DNA of 64,000 nucleotides from Octopus sinensis (GCF_006345805.1 NC_043002.1:45446001-45510000); one strand, 5' to 3'; positions 24,071-35,522 are shown, counted from the first letter of the stretch. A program made the numbers and translations. The notes: a model not told the origin generated them from the sequence alone.

Positions 24071-24627
24071 TGGTAAAATAAATATAACCCATGCCAGCAT
24101 GGAACATGAATGTTAAATGATGATGATATTTGTTGATTTAATGTTGATTTTTCCATGCTAGCATGGGTTGTGCAGAGAATTGTGTTTGTTTTAACATCCA
24201 TATTTCCATGCCAGCAATTTATTTGACAGGGGATATATTTCAGGCAGGACTTTATGGCCAAATATTCTTTTGGTTGCCAACATTTAACTGTTTTTGCAAG
24301 TAAAGGAGTTTTATATTTCACAAGTTTTTGAAAACACAGAGCAACCAGGCATAATTTCAACAAGGAATGTAAACATATTCTGTTCAAGCAAAGTTGTAGA
24401 ATGTCAACATTCACACATATTCGTGCAAGCACAGACACATATATAAAATAGGTTTCCTACTGTTTCTTTCTACCAAATTTACACTCAAGGTATTCATCAA
24501 CCCAGGATTATAGCCTAAAATTCCATGGGACTGAACCTAAAACCATGTGAGTGCAAAGCAAACTTCTTAATCACACAGCAATCCCTGTACTTCATAACCA
24601 AGCCTGCATCAGAATGTGTGTATATGC

Positions 24628-24635
24628 ATGTGTAT

Positions 24636-24697
<62 letters not shown>

Positions 24698-24702
24698 ATA
24701 TA
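24628..24702. repeat. (TA)n microsatellite abutting the LINE 5' end
   Basis: Seen directly. Confidence 0.95.
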
Positions 24703-27526
24703 TGTGGAAGGCAACTGGAGATTTCTACGGGACAATCTGCTGACAGCCACTGACCAGATCTGTGGTGGAGCAAAGTACCAACTCGACCCAGGGTAACATG
24801 GTGGTGGAACACTGTGGTTGACAGGGCTATTAGACAAAAGAGACAGGATTGGAAGGACTGGAAGAACGGTGGTAGCAGGGAATTGTATCAGACAGCCAGA
24901 AGGGAAGCTAGGAGACAGGTTTATTTAGCCAGAGGGGAAGCGGATAAGAAAAAATTTGCCAATGTTCTGAGCCGTGAGGATGAAAGACTTGAGGTATTTC
25001 ATGTTGCAAGACAGTGTGTGAGAGAGAATCGTGATGTGGTAGGAGAGAAGTGTGTTCGCATGGATGATGGTTCACTTGCGCTAAATGAGGATGCAAAGAG
25101 AGAGGTTTGGAGATGCCACTATGAAAGGTTGCTGAATAAAGAAAATGAATGGGATAAAGAGAGTCTGCCAAATGTCAACCCAACAGAGGGACCAGCCATC
25201 CGAATTGAAAATTCTTTGGTAGTTAAGGCAATTAGAAGCATGAAGACAGGGAAAGCCCCAGGCCCATCAGGAATTACTGCAGAGATGCTCAAAATATCTG
25301 GCAGTGTCGGCTATAACCTAGTCACCCGTATAGTCAACCAGGTGATACACGAAGGAGTCATACCCAATGACTGGTGTAGCAGCATACTAGTCAACTGCTA
25401 CAAAGGTAAAGGTGATGCCCTAGATACAAATAATTACAGAGGTATCAAGCTGTTGGATCAGGTAATGAAGGTTACGGAGAGGGTCATCGCCCAACTAATT
25501 AGAGACAGAGTTAGTTTAGATAAGATGCAGTTTGGGTTCGTGCCAGGGAAAAGTACCACTGATGCTATATTCCTGGTAAGGCAGCTGCAGGAGAAATACC
25601 TAGCCAAAGATAAGCCCCTGTACCTGGCTTTCGTTGACATGGAGAAAGCTTTTGATAGGGTCCCCCGATCCCTTATCTGGTGGTCAATGAGGAAACTAGG
25701 GATAGATGAATGGCTGGTGAGGGCTGTGCAAGCCATGTACAGAGATGCCGTAAGTAAGGTTAGGGTTGGCAACATGTACACAGAAGAATTCAAAGTAGAG
25801 GTTGGGGTCCACCAGGGTTCAGTACTCAGCCCCCTCCTATTTATCATAGTCCTCCAGGCAATTACGGAGGAATTCAAGACAGGTTGTCCCTGGGAGCTCC
25901 TCTACGCTGACGACCTTGCTCTAATTGCTGAGTCACTATCAGAACTGGAGAAGTTCCAGGTGTGGAAGGAAGGTTTAGAATCGAGGGGCCTTAGAGTCAA
26001 CCTAGCTAAAACCAAAGTACTAATAAGTAGGAAGGTAGACAATCCACAAATGTCTTCAGGAAGATGGCCCTGCTCGATCTGTAGAAAAGGTGTAGGTAGA
26101 AACTCTATAAGATGTACCCAGTGTAAGCTATGGACACATAAGAGGTGCAGCAATGTCAAAGGTAGGCTAACTGGGAAGATAGTTTTTGTATGTGGCAGAT
26201 GCTCGGGAGCATTAACCTCCGAAAATCTGCAGAAAACAACTTCCGTCACTTTCCAGGGGGAAAAACTAGAAGTAGTTGATAGCTTCCGTTATCTAGGTGA
26301 CCAAGTCAGTAGTGGGGGTGGGCGCGCTGAAAGTGTAACTGCTAGAATAAGAATAGCCTGGGCAAAGTTTAGGGAGCTCTTACCTCTGCTGGTGACTAAA
26401 GGCCTCTCGCTCAGAGTAAAAGGCAGACTGTATGATGCATGTGTACGAACAGCCATGCTACATGGCAGTGAAACATGGGCCGTGACTGCTGAGGACATGC
26501 GTAAGCTCGTGAGGAATGAAGCCAGTATGCTCCGATGGATGTGTAATGTCAGTGTACATACTCAACAGAGCGTTAGTACCTTGAGAGAAATGTTGTACCT
26601 AAGAAGCATCAGTTGTGGTGTGCAAGAGAGACGATTGCGCTGGTATGGTCATGTGGCGAGAATGGATGAAGATACATGTGTGAGAAAGTGCCAATCCCTA
26701 GCAGTTGAGGGAACCCGTGGAAGAGGTAGACCCAGGAAAACCTGGGACGAGGTGGTGAAGCACGACCTTCGAACTTAGCGACCGAGACCTTTGGAAATAT
26801 GCTGTACGTGAGAAGACCAGGCAGGACAAGTGAGCCCAGCCCACTTATGAATGCCTTTCCTCCCTTGGACACAAAGACCTGTTGACGCAAGCGAAGTCAA
26901 TATAGAACCTCATCCGACGACAGGCACCCATGCCAACCCCCTTTGCTTGCGAAGACATGTTGGGGCAAGCGAAAGCGAAATCAAAATCGAATTGAACCAG
27001 CCAGGATCCCTGGTCTGGTGGTACGTAAAAAGCACTATCCGACTCGTGGCCGATGCCAGCGCCGCCTCCACTGGCTCTGTGCCGGTGGCACGTAAAATAC
27101 ACCAATCAGACCGTACGACAGGCACCCATGCCAACCCCCTTTGCTTGCGAAGACATGTTGGGGCAAGCGAAATCGAAATCGAATTGAACCAGCCAGGATC
27201 CCTGGTCTGGTGGTACGTAAAAAGCACTATCCGACTCGTGGCCGATGCCAGCGCCGCCTCGACTGGCTTCCGTGCCGGTGGCACATAAAATACACCAATC
27301 CGACCGTGGCCGTTGCCAGCCTCACCTGGCACCTGTGCAGGTGGCACGTAAAAAGCACCCACTACACTCACAGAGTTGTTGGCGTTAGGAAGGGCATCCA
27401 GCTGTAGAAACATTGCCAGATAAGACTGGAGCCTGGTGCAGCCTTCTGGCTTCCCAGATCCCCGGTCGAACCGTCCAACCCATGCTAGCATGGAGAACGG
27501 ACGTTAAATGATGATGATGATGATGA
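24703..27526 (+). mobile_element. RTE-clade non-LTR retrotransposon, 5'-truncated (no APE domain), with full 3' UTR and (GAT)n tail
   Basis: RT ORF followed by a 3' UTR with hairpin repeats ending CCAACCCATGCTAGCATGGAGAACGGACGTTAAA(TGA)n. The C-terminal RLRWYGHV.RM and RGRGRPRKTW motifs are typical of RTE. Begins directly after a (TA)n tract. Confidence 0.93.
24814..26778 (+). pseudogene. LINE ORF2 remnant, 654 aa: reverse transcriptase with an internal PHD-type zinc finger
   Basis: Motifs KAPGPSGI, NYRGIKLL, QFGFVPGKSTTDAIF, AFVDMEKAFD, GVHQGSVLSPLLF, YADD (25903-25914), FRYLG. Frameshift near 24766 upstream. A 23-nt deletion causes the early stop at 26778. Confidence 0.92.
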
Positions 27527-27627
27527 AGATATATATCCCTGGGAAATCTGTTAATCCACAGATAGGACCCTGACAGGTAATTAGGAAGTGACTCCATGCA
27601 CCCAACAACTCCTGAACAGGAGCCTTA

Positions 27628-27977
27628 CCTATTTCTTTACTACCCACAAGGGGCTAAACACAGAGAGGACAAACAAGGACAGACAGACGGATCAAGTCAA
27701 TTATATCGACCCCAGTGCGTAACTGGTACTTATTTAATCGACCCCAAAAGGATGAAAGGCAAAGTCGACCTCGGCGGAATTTGAACTCAGAATGTAACAG
27801 CAGACGAAATACCACAAAGCATTTCGCCCGGCGCGCTAACGTTTCTGCCAGACGCCGCCTTAACAGATGAAAGGCAAGGTCGACCTCGGCGGAATTTGAA
27901 CTCACAACGTAACGACAGACGAAATACGGCTACGTATTTCACCCGGCGTGCTAACATTTCTGCCAGCTCGCCGCCTT
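27628..27977 (-). mobile_element. tRNA-derived SINE family 3: truncated head (27865-27977) in tandem with a full copy (27628-27861)
   Basis: A box TGGCAGAAACGTTAG, B box GAGTTCAAATTCC, body GCCTTTCATCCTTTTGGGGTCGATTAAATAAGTACCAG. Confidence 0.85.
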
Positions 27978-28792
27978 ACCACCGGATACAGTTAGGAGGC
28001 TCTCATTATTTTTGATAAAGCCATGAGGAAAGCAGTTCTTCTAGGAGAAAGATACTCCAACATAGAACATGCAATCAAAAGAGTACCTTGTAATGCTTAT
28101 CACTGGAACATACTATGGTGATGGACGGTAGCAAAAGTGTTGTACAAGCTTTTGTCACTTAAATCCAATGACAAACAGATGTGTCTCTTTATCATCATAT
28201 CTCTTGATCCATTTTGTATTTTATAGTCTTATGACAAATGGATGTGTGGCAACAGAAAATTAATAACCACACACATGCAGGGATGAAAGTAAATCAAAAC
28301 AATGAGGCTGAATGTAAGACTATCATCTGACAAGATGAGGCAATCATCATGTATATATTTTAGAGTTGTACCTGACTTTCAATGAAATTTTACAATACAC
28401 ATACACAGCACACCATGCCAGTTATTTTACTGCTACAGATGATAGAAAGACGAGCTTGCAACAAGAGAAGACATTTAATATTTGTATATTATAGTTGCAG
28501 GCATGGGTGCGTGACTAAAGAGCTTGCTTCCCGACCATATGGCTTTGGTTAAACATTTCTAGTGTTATAGTTCAATTATGTCTTATTTCTATGGGTTAAG
28601 CACACAAAGTGGTATTTATTTTCATATTATTTGTTGTTAATTCTCATATTTATTGAACTCTGTTGATCCCCTACTTTGGATCTAATGGCACTGTCACATT
28701 TTAAATTTTAAACACTTATTTAATTTCATTTGTAAAAAAATTTGATCACATATATACCAAACAAAATGTATGTTTGATCTAGAGTACTTGAG

Positions 28793-28796
<4 letters not shown>

Positions 28797-28847
<51 letters not shown>
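28797..28847. repeat. (TA)n microsatellite
   Basis: Seen directly. Confidence 0.95.
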
Positions 28848-28849
<2 letters not shown>

Positions 28850-29057
28850 CGGGAAGGTTTACGAAAATAAACAAAAGACGAAGGCAGGTGGAGTACAAAC
28901 AAACAAATGTATTAGCATGGCGCTCAGGAATAGAAATAGAACAAGTCTTTTACGTTTCGAGCCTACGCGCTTCGTCAGAAAGATACACAGAAAAGAAACA
29001 AGGAAAGAAACAAGGAGAGAAAAAAATGCATGTAGGAGCTAACAGTCCATTATGGCG
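28848..29057 (-). mobile_element. Short Penelope-like non-autonomous repeat inside a (TA)n tract
   Basis: 210-nt unique block holding the hammerhead motif, bounded by (TA)n on both sides. Confidence 0.55.
28946..28983 (-). ncRNA. Minimal type I hammerhead ribozyme motif (Penelope-like)
   Basis: TCTTT-CTGACGA-A-GCGC[GTAG]GCTC-GAAAC-GTA-AAAGA: perfect 5-bp helix I, helix II with one mismatch, palindromic ACGT helix III. Confidence 0.75.
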
Positions 29058-29091
<34 letters not shown>

Positions 29092-29104
29092 TTGAAATAA
29101 TGAA

Positions 29105-29402
29105 TAGAAATGGCACCTTGGGCAAGTGTCTTCTACTAAAGCCCCAGGCTGACCAAAGCCTTGTGAGTGGATTTGATACACAGAAACTGAAAGAAGTCCA
29201 TGTGTGTGTCTGTGTGTGTGTGTACACTCTTGTCTTGACATCACATGATGATTGTAAACAAGCATGTCACACATTTCCAATCTTCCATGAAAAATATGTC
29301 TGGCTATGGGAAATATTACCTTGCTTGGGAACTGGAAGGTATGAAAACAGAAAGGGCATCTGACCCATGCAGGTATGGAAAAGTAGATGTTAAATGATGA
29401 GA
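29105..29402 (+). mobile_element. CORE-like SINE type b, head truncated
   Basis: Colinear with 268-745. Confidence 0.7.
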
Positions 29403-30241
29403 AGGCTATATTTACTTTGATATGATCTTATTTTCAATTGTCACTTCATTTTAGCAACCATGTCATCATCATCAAAGTCCATGTACCATGCTGGTATGGG
29501 TTGGACAATTTAAAGTATCCAAGAACTGTATCGAGCTCCAATGTCTCATATATTTCATTCTATATATATATATATTATATATATCATTATATATTATATA
29601 TGTCATTCTGGACATTCATCTCATGTTTACCAAAATCTCTGTTAAAAAGCTTTATACTATATAACACTTTCATTACACTTGCCAGATATACTTATTTTTG
29701 TGGTTCCTGTAATGTTCATATCTATAAGAATATTTAAAAGTTTTTCATATAGTTATTTGAACTAAAACTGTTTCACAAACAGAGACCATAAGACTTTTTC
29801 CAGTATTTTCAGCTTCTTCCATTACTTTCTGATGTTAATCAGTAAATTTCACCAATTTCATATATAAGCAGTAATTTTTTTATTAAGGTTTCCTGTTTTG
29901 CTATCTGTGGATAGCAGAAAAAGCAAGCCTTAAAGGAAGTTCATATTTCTGCTACACCAGTTATTTTACTGCTGCAAGTGAATGAAACACGACCTGGTGT
30001 CCAGAGAAGATATATTTCACATGCGTTTATATTTACTTTACTATGTATGACATGATATCATTTCTAGAGACTTTCATCTAAACCATCGTTATTTTTATCA
30101 AATTGTTCTAAATAAGAATTCACTACTTCATACGAAAAATTTTAATTTTATTTATTTTCACTATCACTATATTTATATATGTATATTATAACTATGTATG
30201 TGTGGAGGTGCTAGAAAGTTAATTGCTGAGATCTTTGGGAT

Positions 30242-30243
<2 letters not shown>

Positions 30244-30282
<39 letters not shown>
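30244..30282. repeat. (TA)n microsatellite
   Basis: Seen directly. Confidence 0.95.
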
Positions 30283-30283
<1 letters not shown>

Positions 30284-30594
30284 CCTCAAGCACTATAGAT
30301 CAAACATACATTGTATTGGTGATCAAATTTTTTGAAAAAGAAATTAAATAATTATGTTTAAGATGTAAAATGTGGCAGTAAAATTACATTCAAAATAAGC
30401 ACAAGAACTAACAAATAATATGAAAATAAATATCACTTTATATGCCCAAACTATGGAAGCAAGGCAAAAATAAAAAGATATAATTGAACTATCATACAAG
30501 GAATGTTTATAATTCAAAAACTTAATGGTAAACTCAGAATAAGATTTCATTCAATTTTTTTAAAGAATATAGCAGAAATTTTTAAAAAACTCAC

Positions 30595-30675
30595 TTTTAA
30601 TTCTTGTTCTTCAAAGTAATGAAGAGATAAAGTCTTCAAATCATGAGTCCCAGGATCATACTCCACCAGAGAAAG
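30595..30675 (-). CDS. CPSF1: CPSF1 coding exon 4 ([27 protein letters not shown])
   Basis: Near-identical to the conserved CPSF1 motif. TTTCTAG| and AAA|GTGAGT, 81 nt, phase 0-0. Confidence 0.97.
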
Positions 30676-30932
30676 CTAGAAATATGGTAAGTTTTAGAAA
30701 TAATTTCATTTGCATTGTATAACATATATTGCAGATTTTGCTTGTTACATCTGTTTTACTATACTACTGAATGTCCACTTACTTTTAACTAAGATATTGT
30801 GAATTTAGAGTGAAGTCTGTTATTGTTATCAGCAAAGCCCTCTGAAGAAAACAATAGCATTCTGGCCCTATAGGAATACAATGCTTCAAGTAAAGACTAA
30901 ACACAAAACCAAATGGTGATTCAACTTTAAAT

Positions 30933-32330
30933 TTCCACAGGTTCCCTCTACTGCTAGGGATGACACTTTTTCACACAGCTGTCCTCATCCATACGCAACA
31001 GATGACCACACCAGAGCAGTCGTCTCTCTTACACACCAAATTTGATGCTTCTTATGTCCAACTTTTCTCTCAGAGCACTTACACACTGTTGTGCATGCAC
31101 ACTGACGTTACACATCCAGCAGAGCATACTAGCTTCATTCCTTGCAAGCGTACGCATGTCCTCAGCAGTCATGGTCCATGCTTCACTGCCATGTAGCATG
31201 GCTGTTGCACACATGGGTCATACAGTCTACCTTTTACTCTGAGCAAGAGGCCCTTTGTCACTAGCAGACGTAGGTGCTCTCTGAATTTTGCCCAGGCTAT
31301 TCTTATTCTAGCAGCTACACTCTCAGAGCATCCACCCCAGCTACTGACTTGGTCACCTAGGTAACGGAAGCTATCAACTACTTGTAGTTTTTCCTCCTGA
31401 AATGTGACTGAGGATGTTTTCTGCACATTTTCAGTGTTTATTGCCCCCGAGCATTTGCCACACACAAAGACTATCTTCCCAGTTAGCCTTCCTTTGATAT
31501 TGCTGCATCTCTTATGTGTCCATAGCTTACACTGAATACATCTTATGGAGTTTCTACTTACGCCTTTTCTACAGATCGTGCAGGACCATCTACCTGAAGG
31601 GATTTGTGGTTTGTCTGCCTTCCTACTTATTAAGACTTTGGTTTTAGCTAGGTTAACTCTAAGGCTCTTCGATTCTAATCCTTGCTTTCACACCCGAAAC
31701 TTCTCCTCTAGTTCTGATAGTGACTCAGCAATTAGAGCAAGGTCGTCAGCCTAGAGGAGCTCCCAGGGGCATCCTGTCTTGAATTCTTCTGTTATTGCCT
31801 GGAGGACTATGATGAATAAGAGGGAGCTGAGGACTGATCCATGGTGGACCCCTACCCGGAATTCTTCACTGTACTCGTTGCCAACCCTCACCTTACTGAC
31901 AGCATCTCTGTGCATGGCTTGTACAGCTCTCACTAACCACTCATCTATCCCTAGTTTCTGCATTGACCACCAGAAAAGGGATCAGGGGACCCTGTCAAAG
32001 GCTTTCTTCATGACAACAAAAGCCAGGTACAGAGGTTTATCTTTAGCTAGGTATTTCTCCTGCAGCTGTCTTACCAGAAATATAGCAACAGTGGTGCTTT
32101 TCCCTGGCACAAACCCAAACTGCTTCTAGTCTAAACTGACTCTCTCCTTAATTATTTGGGCTATGACCCTCTCCATGACTTTCATTACCTGATCCAACAA
32201 CTTGATACCTCTGTAATTATTCGTATTTAATGCACCACCTTTACCTTTGTAGCAGTTGACTATTATGCTGCTACACCAGTCATTGGGTATGACTCCTTCA
32301 TGTATCACCTGATTGACTAAGAGTATAAAA
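30933..32330 (-). mobile_element. Decayed copy of the same RTE LINE (RT, PHD and C-terminal region), truncated at both ends
   Basis: Colinear with about 25325-26720 by eye, with stops and frameshifts (for example GAC TAG at 32126). Confidence 0.92.
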
Positions 32331-32336
32331 TATTTG

Positions 32337-32670
32337 TCATCGTCATCATTTAGCATCCATTATCCATGCTGACATGGGTTGGACAGTTTAACCAGGTAAG
32401 CTGAGAGGGCTGCACCAGACTCCAGTCTGATTTGGCATGGTTTCTATGGCTGGATGCCCTTCCTAACACCAACTACTCCAAGAGTGTAATGGATGCATGA
32501 CACCAGTATCTGCCATGACCATGATTTCACTTGGCTTGATGGGTCTTCTTCTCAAGCACAGCATATTGCCAAAGGTCTCAGTCATTTGTCATTGCCTCTG
32601 TGAGACCCAGCACTCAAAAAGTGCTTTTTACATGCCACCGGCACGGCTGCTGGTTACATGACACCAGCAT
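32337..32670 (-). mobile_element. RTE-derived hairpin/ORF-end/tail element
   Basis: Same layout as 22545-22883, reversed. Confidence 0.78.
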
Positions 32671-32709
32671 CAGCCACATTATTTCATGAAAATTTGTAAA
32701 TCACTTTAA

Positions 32710-32929
32710 CCATTTAGCATTCAGCTTATTCTGTCAAATGTAATGTCTATTTAGTCACACTGTTTTGAATTAATTAGATGTTATAGTGTAGCTTTGAGAT
32801 TTCAGTGATATGATTGTACATTTTTAGAATGATATTTCAGGGTTGGTATGAGAGGCTGAATCTGGCCAGTTTGAACATAAAACATGTAGACTATCTTGGC
32901 TGGATAAGGCAAGTTTAAATGCTAAAGAG
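32710..32929 (-). mobile_element. piggyBac-type MITE family A
   Basis: Reverse complement of family A; TTAA at left. Confidence 0.72.
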
Positions 32930-32987
32930 TTATATGTTTTCAAGTATAAACAAAAAGAAGCAATACAAATTCAAAAATCTACTATAC

Positions 32988-33118
32988 CTTAGCATCCATG
33001 AAACTCAAAAGTAAAGCATCTCGCTGAGCACCAACCAATTTGACTGATTTCATAGACATCACATTGCCAAAAAGACTAAATGACAACATACATTCTAATT
33101 TTAATTTCTTGCGAATCT
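32988..33118 (-). CDS. CPSF1: CPSF1 coding exon 3 ([23 protein letters not shown]...[12 protein letters not shown])
   Basis: Conserved FGNVMSM and [19 protein letters not shown]| and AAG|GTATAG, 131 nt. Confidence 0.96.
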
Positions 33119-33282
33119 CTGCAAAACATAAAAAGAGAGAAAAAAATCAAAGATTAAATTGTTACTTCATATATAACTAAAACATAAATGAAATTTAAAA
33201 ACAACAAAGAGCTAAATTTATAAATTGGAATTGTCATTTTACACCAGTGATAATGTGAAGTAGTAATTATGTTGACAGAGCG

Positions 33283-33742
33283 GCTAACCGGCTTCCGTGC
33301 CAGTGGCACATAAAAGGGCACCATTCGAGTATGATTGTTAACAGCGTCACTTTACTGGCACTTGTGCTTGTAGGGTGCCAAGAGCACCATCCGAGCGTGA
33401 TCGTTGCCAGAGCAGCCAACTGGCTTCCGTACCCGTGGCACGTAAAAGGGCACCATTCGAGCATGATCGTTACCAACATTGCTTCACTGGCACATGTAAA
33501 AAGATTCGAGCGAGGTCATTGCCAGTAGCGCCTGACTGGCCCCCATGCCGGTGGCACGTAAAATGCACCCACTACACTCTCGAAGTGGTTGGCGCTAGGA
33601 AGGGCATCCAGCTGTAGAAACTCTGCCAGATCAAGATTGGAGCCTGGTGCAGCCATCTGGTTCGCCAGCCCACAGTCAAAATCGTCCAACCCATGCTAGC
33701 ATGGAAAGCAGACGTTAAACAATGATGATGATGATGATGATT
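33283..33742 (+). mobile_element. RTE 3' UTR fragment with diverged array
   Basis: Five hairpin units plus shared tail and (GAT)n. Confidence 0.88.
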
Positions 33743-34460
33743 ACTTCACAAGCTACTTTGAGCATCCCCACATGTGTTTGTATAAGTGTGAGAATGCAGT
33801 TATACATTCTCACATGTATAACTGCATATGAATGTTTACAAACTGCTTAGTTACAGCTACAAACGGTGTCATCACTGCAGTGAATGTGTGTTAGTAAGAA
33901 TAGCATTCCAAATCTCAAAATCAACTACAGTAGTAGAAAAAAAAACAACAAAATAATTATTGTTATAAACAAAACTAAATAATTTGTTTTTATATTTGGT
34001 TTGCAAAGTTCTTCATGTGAATCCATGTATTGAAACAGGTTTTGTTGTATCTCAAGAGGATTATTATGAAACCTGAAACAGAGCAGGAGCAGAGAGGGCA
34101 TACTACTGAGAAGGTTACAAATGACAATGAAAGGATTTTGACAAACATAACTGATTGATTAACCAAAGGATTAATCAAACAATCAATTAGTTAATTGGTT
34201 AAATAGTTAACAAATTAGCAAATAATAAAGAAGTGAAATAGAACCAGTGTTATGCTTATTATTGGCACAATGACTGTCCCAAAATACAACAAAAACTAAA
34301 TAATATTACTTCTATTGATTATTTCCAAAATTTACTAGAAATTGAAACCTTTGCTTGTGCAGATCTATTTCATATAATTTGTTCTAAATGTTTTTAAGTA
34401 TAAACAAAACATATTTAGAAAATGTGTTTTCAATCATATTCTGAAATACGAGTCACTTAC

Positions 34461-34500
34461 CACCAATTCGTTCAGGAAGTTTATCTCCAAAAAGTGCTGC
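34461..34500 (-). CDS. CPSF1: CPSF1 coding exon 2 (AALFGDKLPERIG)
   Basis: Acceptor TTTTTTATTTTCAG|, donor G|GTAAGT, 40 nt. Phase 0 to 1 joins both neighbours and corresponds to the short variable exon of CPSF1. Confidence 0.85.
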
Positions 34501-35104
34501 CTGAAAATAAAAAATGATATAGTATCATCACCGTTGATATGACTGAATACAATGAGTCTGTAAATACTGATGTAATAGAAGAAAATTTCACTTGACTCCC
34601 CTCCTTTAGCCACTCCTATGATATCTCACATCTTAAATCCTGTAATAACATTTTTTTTAAACCTTTCTGTTATAACTAACCCATCAGGGACTCTAATCAA
34701 GCCAAAATTCAAACTGAACATAATCTGTATTAACTTCACCCACATAAGTCCCAACCAACAAAAGCCTCAGTAGGTTAAGAATACTGGCTTTGCCATTCAT
34801 CCTTTCAGGGTTGATAAACTAAGTACCAGTGAAACATTGGGGTTGATGTAATCAACTAGTCCTCATCCCCTCAATTTTCAGGCCTTGTGCCTATAGTAAA
34901 AAAAGATTATTAAGCAGGTGTTTGGGACATAGATTACTATGAAATTTTAATGGATGCTTTAAATTTATATTACTTTAAAAACATAAAGTTTATATTATAG
35001 AACCACAACTGGTCTGAGGTGGGTTGGCATCAAATGGGTTTAATGTTTTTTCTGGAAACAAATATCTTGAAAGAGATGAACATATGATATGAAAATTTAC
35101 AAAC

Positions 35105-35245
35105 CTCTTCTGGAGTAAGGCGAAACACGTGCAGTTGATTGACTCCTGCTATGATGAGTGATTTTTCAATATTATTGAAAAAATTACAGTATATACAATG
35201 TTCGATCCCCGTAGGGGCGTGTGTAGGGCGATACACACCATACAT
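35105..35245 (-). CDS. CPSF1: CPSF1 coding exon 1 (MYGVYRPTHAPTGIEHCIYCNFFNNIEKSLIIAGVNQLHVFRLTPEE)
   Basis: Closely matches the CPSF160 N-terminus ([25 protein letters not shown]...). ATG at 35245, donor GAG|GTTTGT, 141 nt. An upstream acceptor TTTGCAG| puts the exon start at 35276, so a non-coding first exon lies further upstream. Confidence 0.95.
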
Positions 35246-35522
35246 TGTTACTGTCTCCAAATAGCTTCACAAATAGCTGCAAAGACAAACATGTAAATAT
35301 ATGTTTATATTTTTTTGAAACAAACCAACAACAACTTTCCCTAAAAAATCAAAAGATATCCTCAGTCACACAACATTATTGATAAGTAATCTCTAAAATA
35401 TAAACATTTCTCATAGGAAAGCCATATTTAAATTGCATGCCTTTGTATAAGTGGCGTATATGCATAGGAATGAGTATTATGTGTCTCTAGTTTTAAATAC
35501 AAAAATATTTTGTATGTTCAAC

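Noticed and set aside
26910-27491. 193-aa minus-strand ORF and similar 90-170 aa ORFs at 10671, 19415 and 49199
   Set aside because: Antisense read-through of GC-rich repeat arrays; the translations merely mirror the repeat periodicity.
751-35245. Intronic AATAAA signals as CPSF1 autoregulatory polyadenylation sites
   Set aside because: The hexamer is expected often by chance at this AT content; nothing singles one out without 3'-end sequencing.
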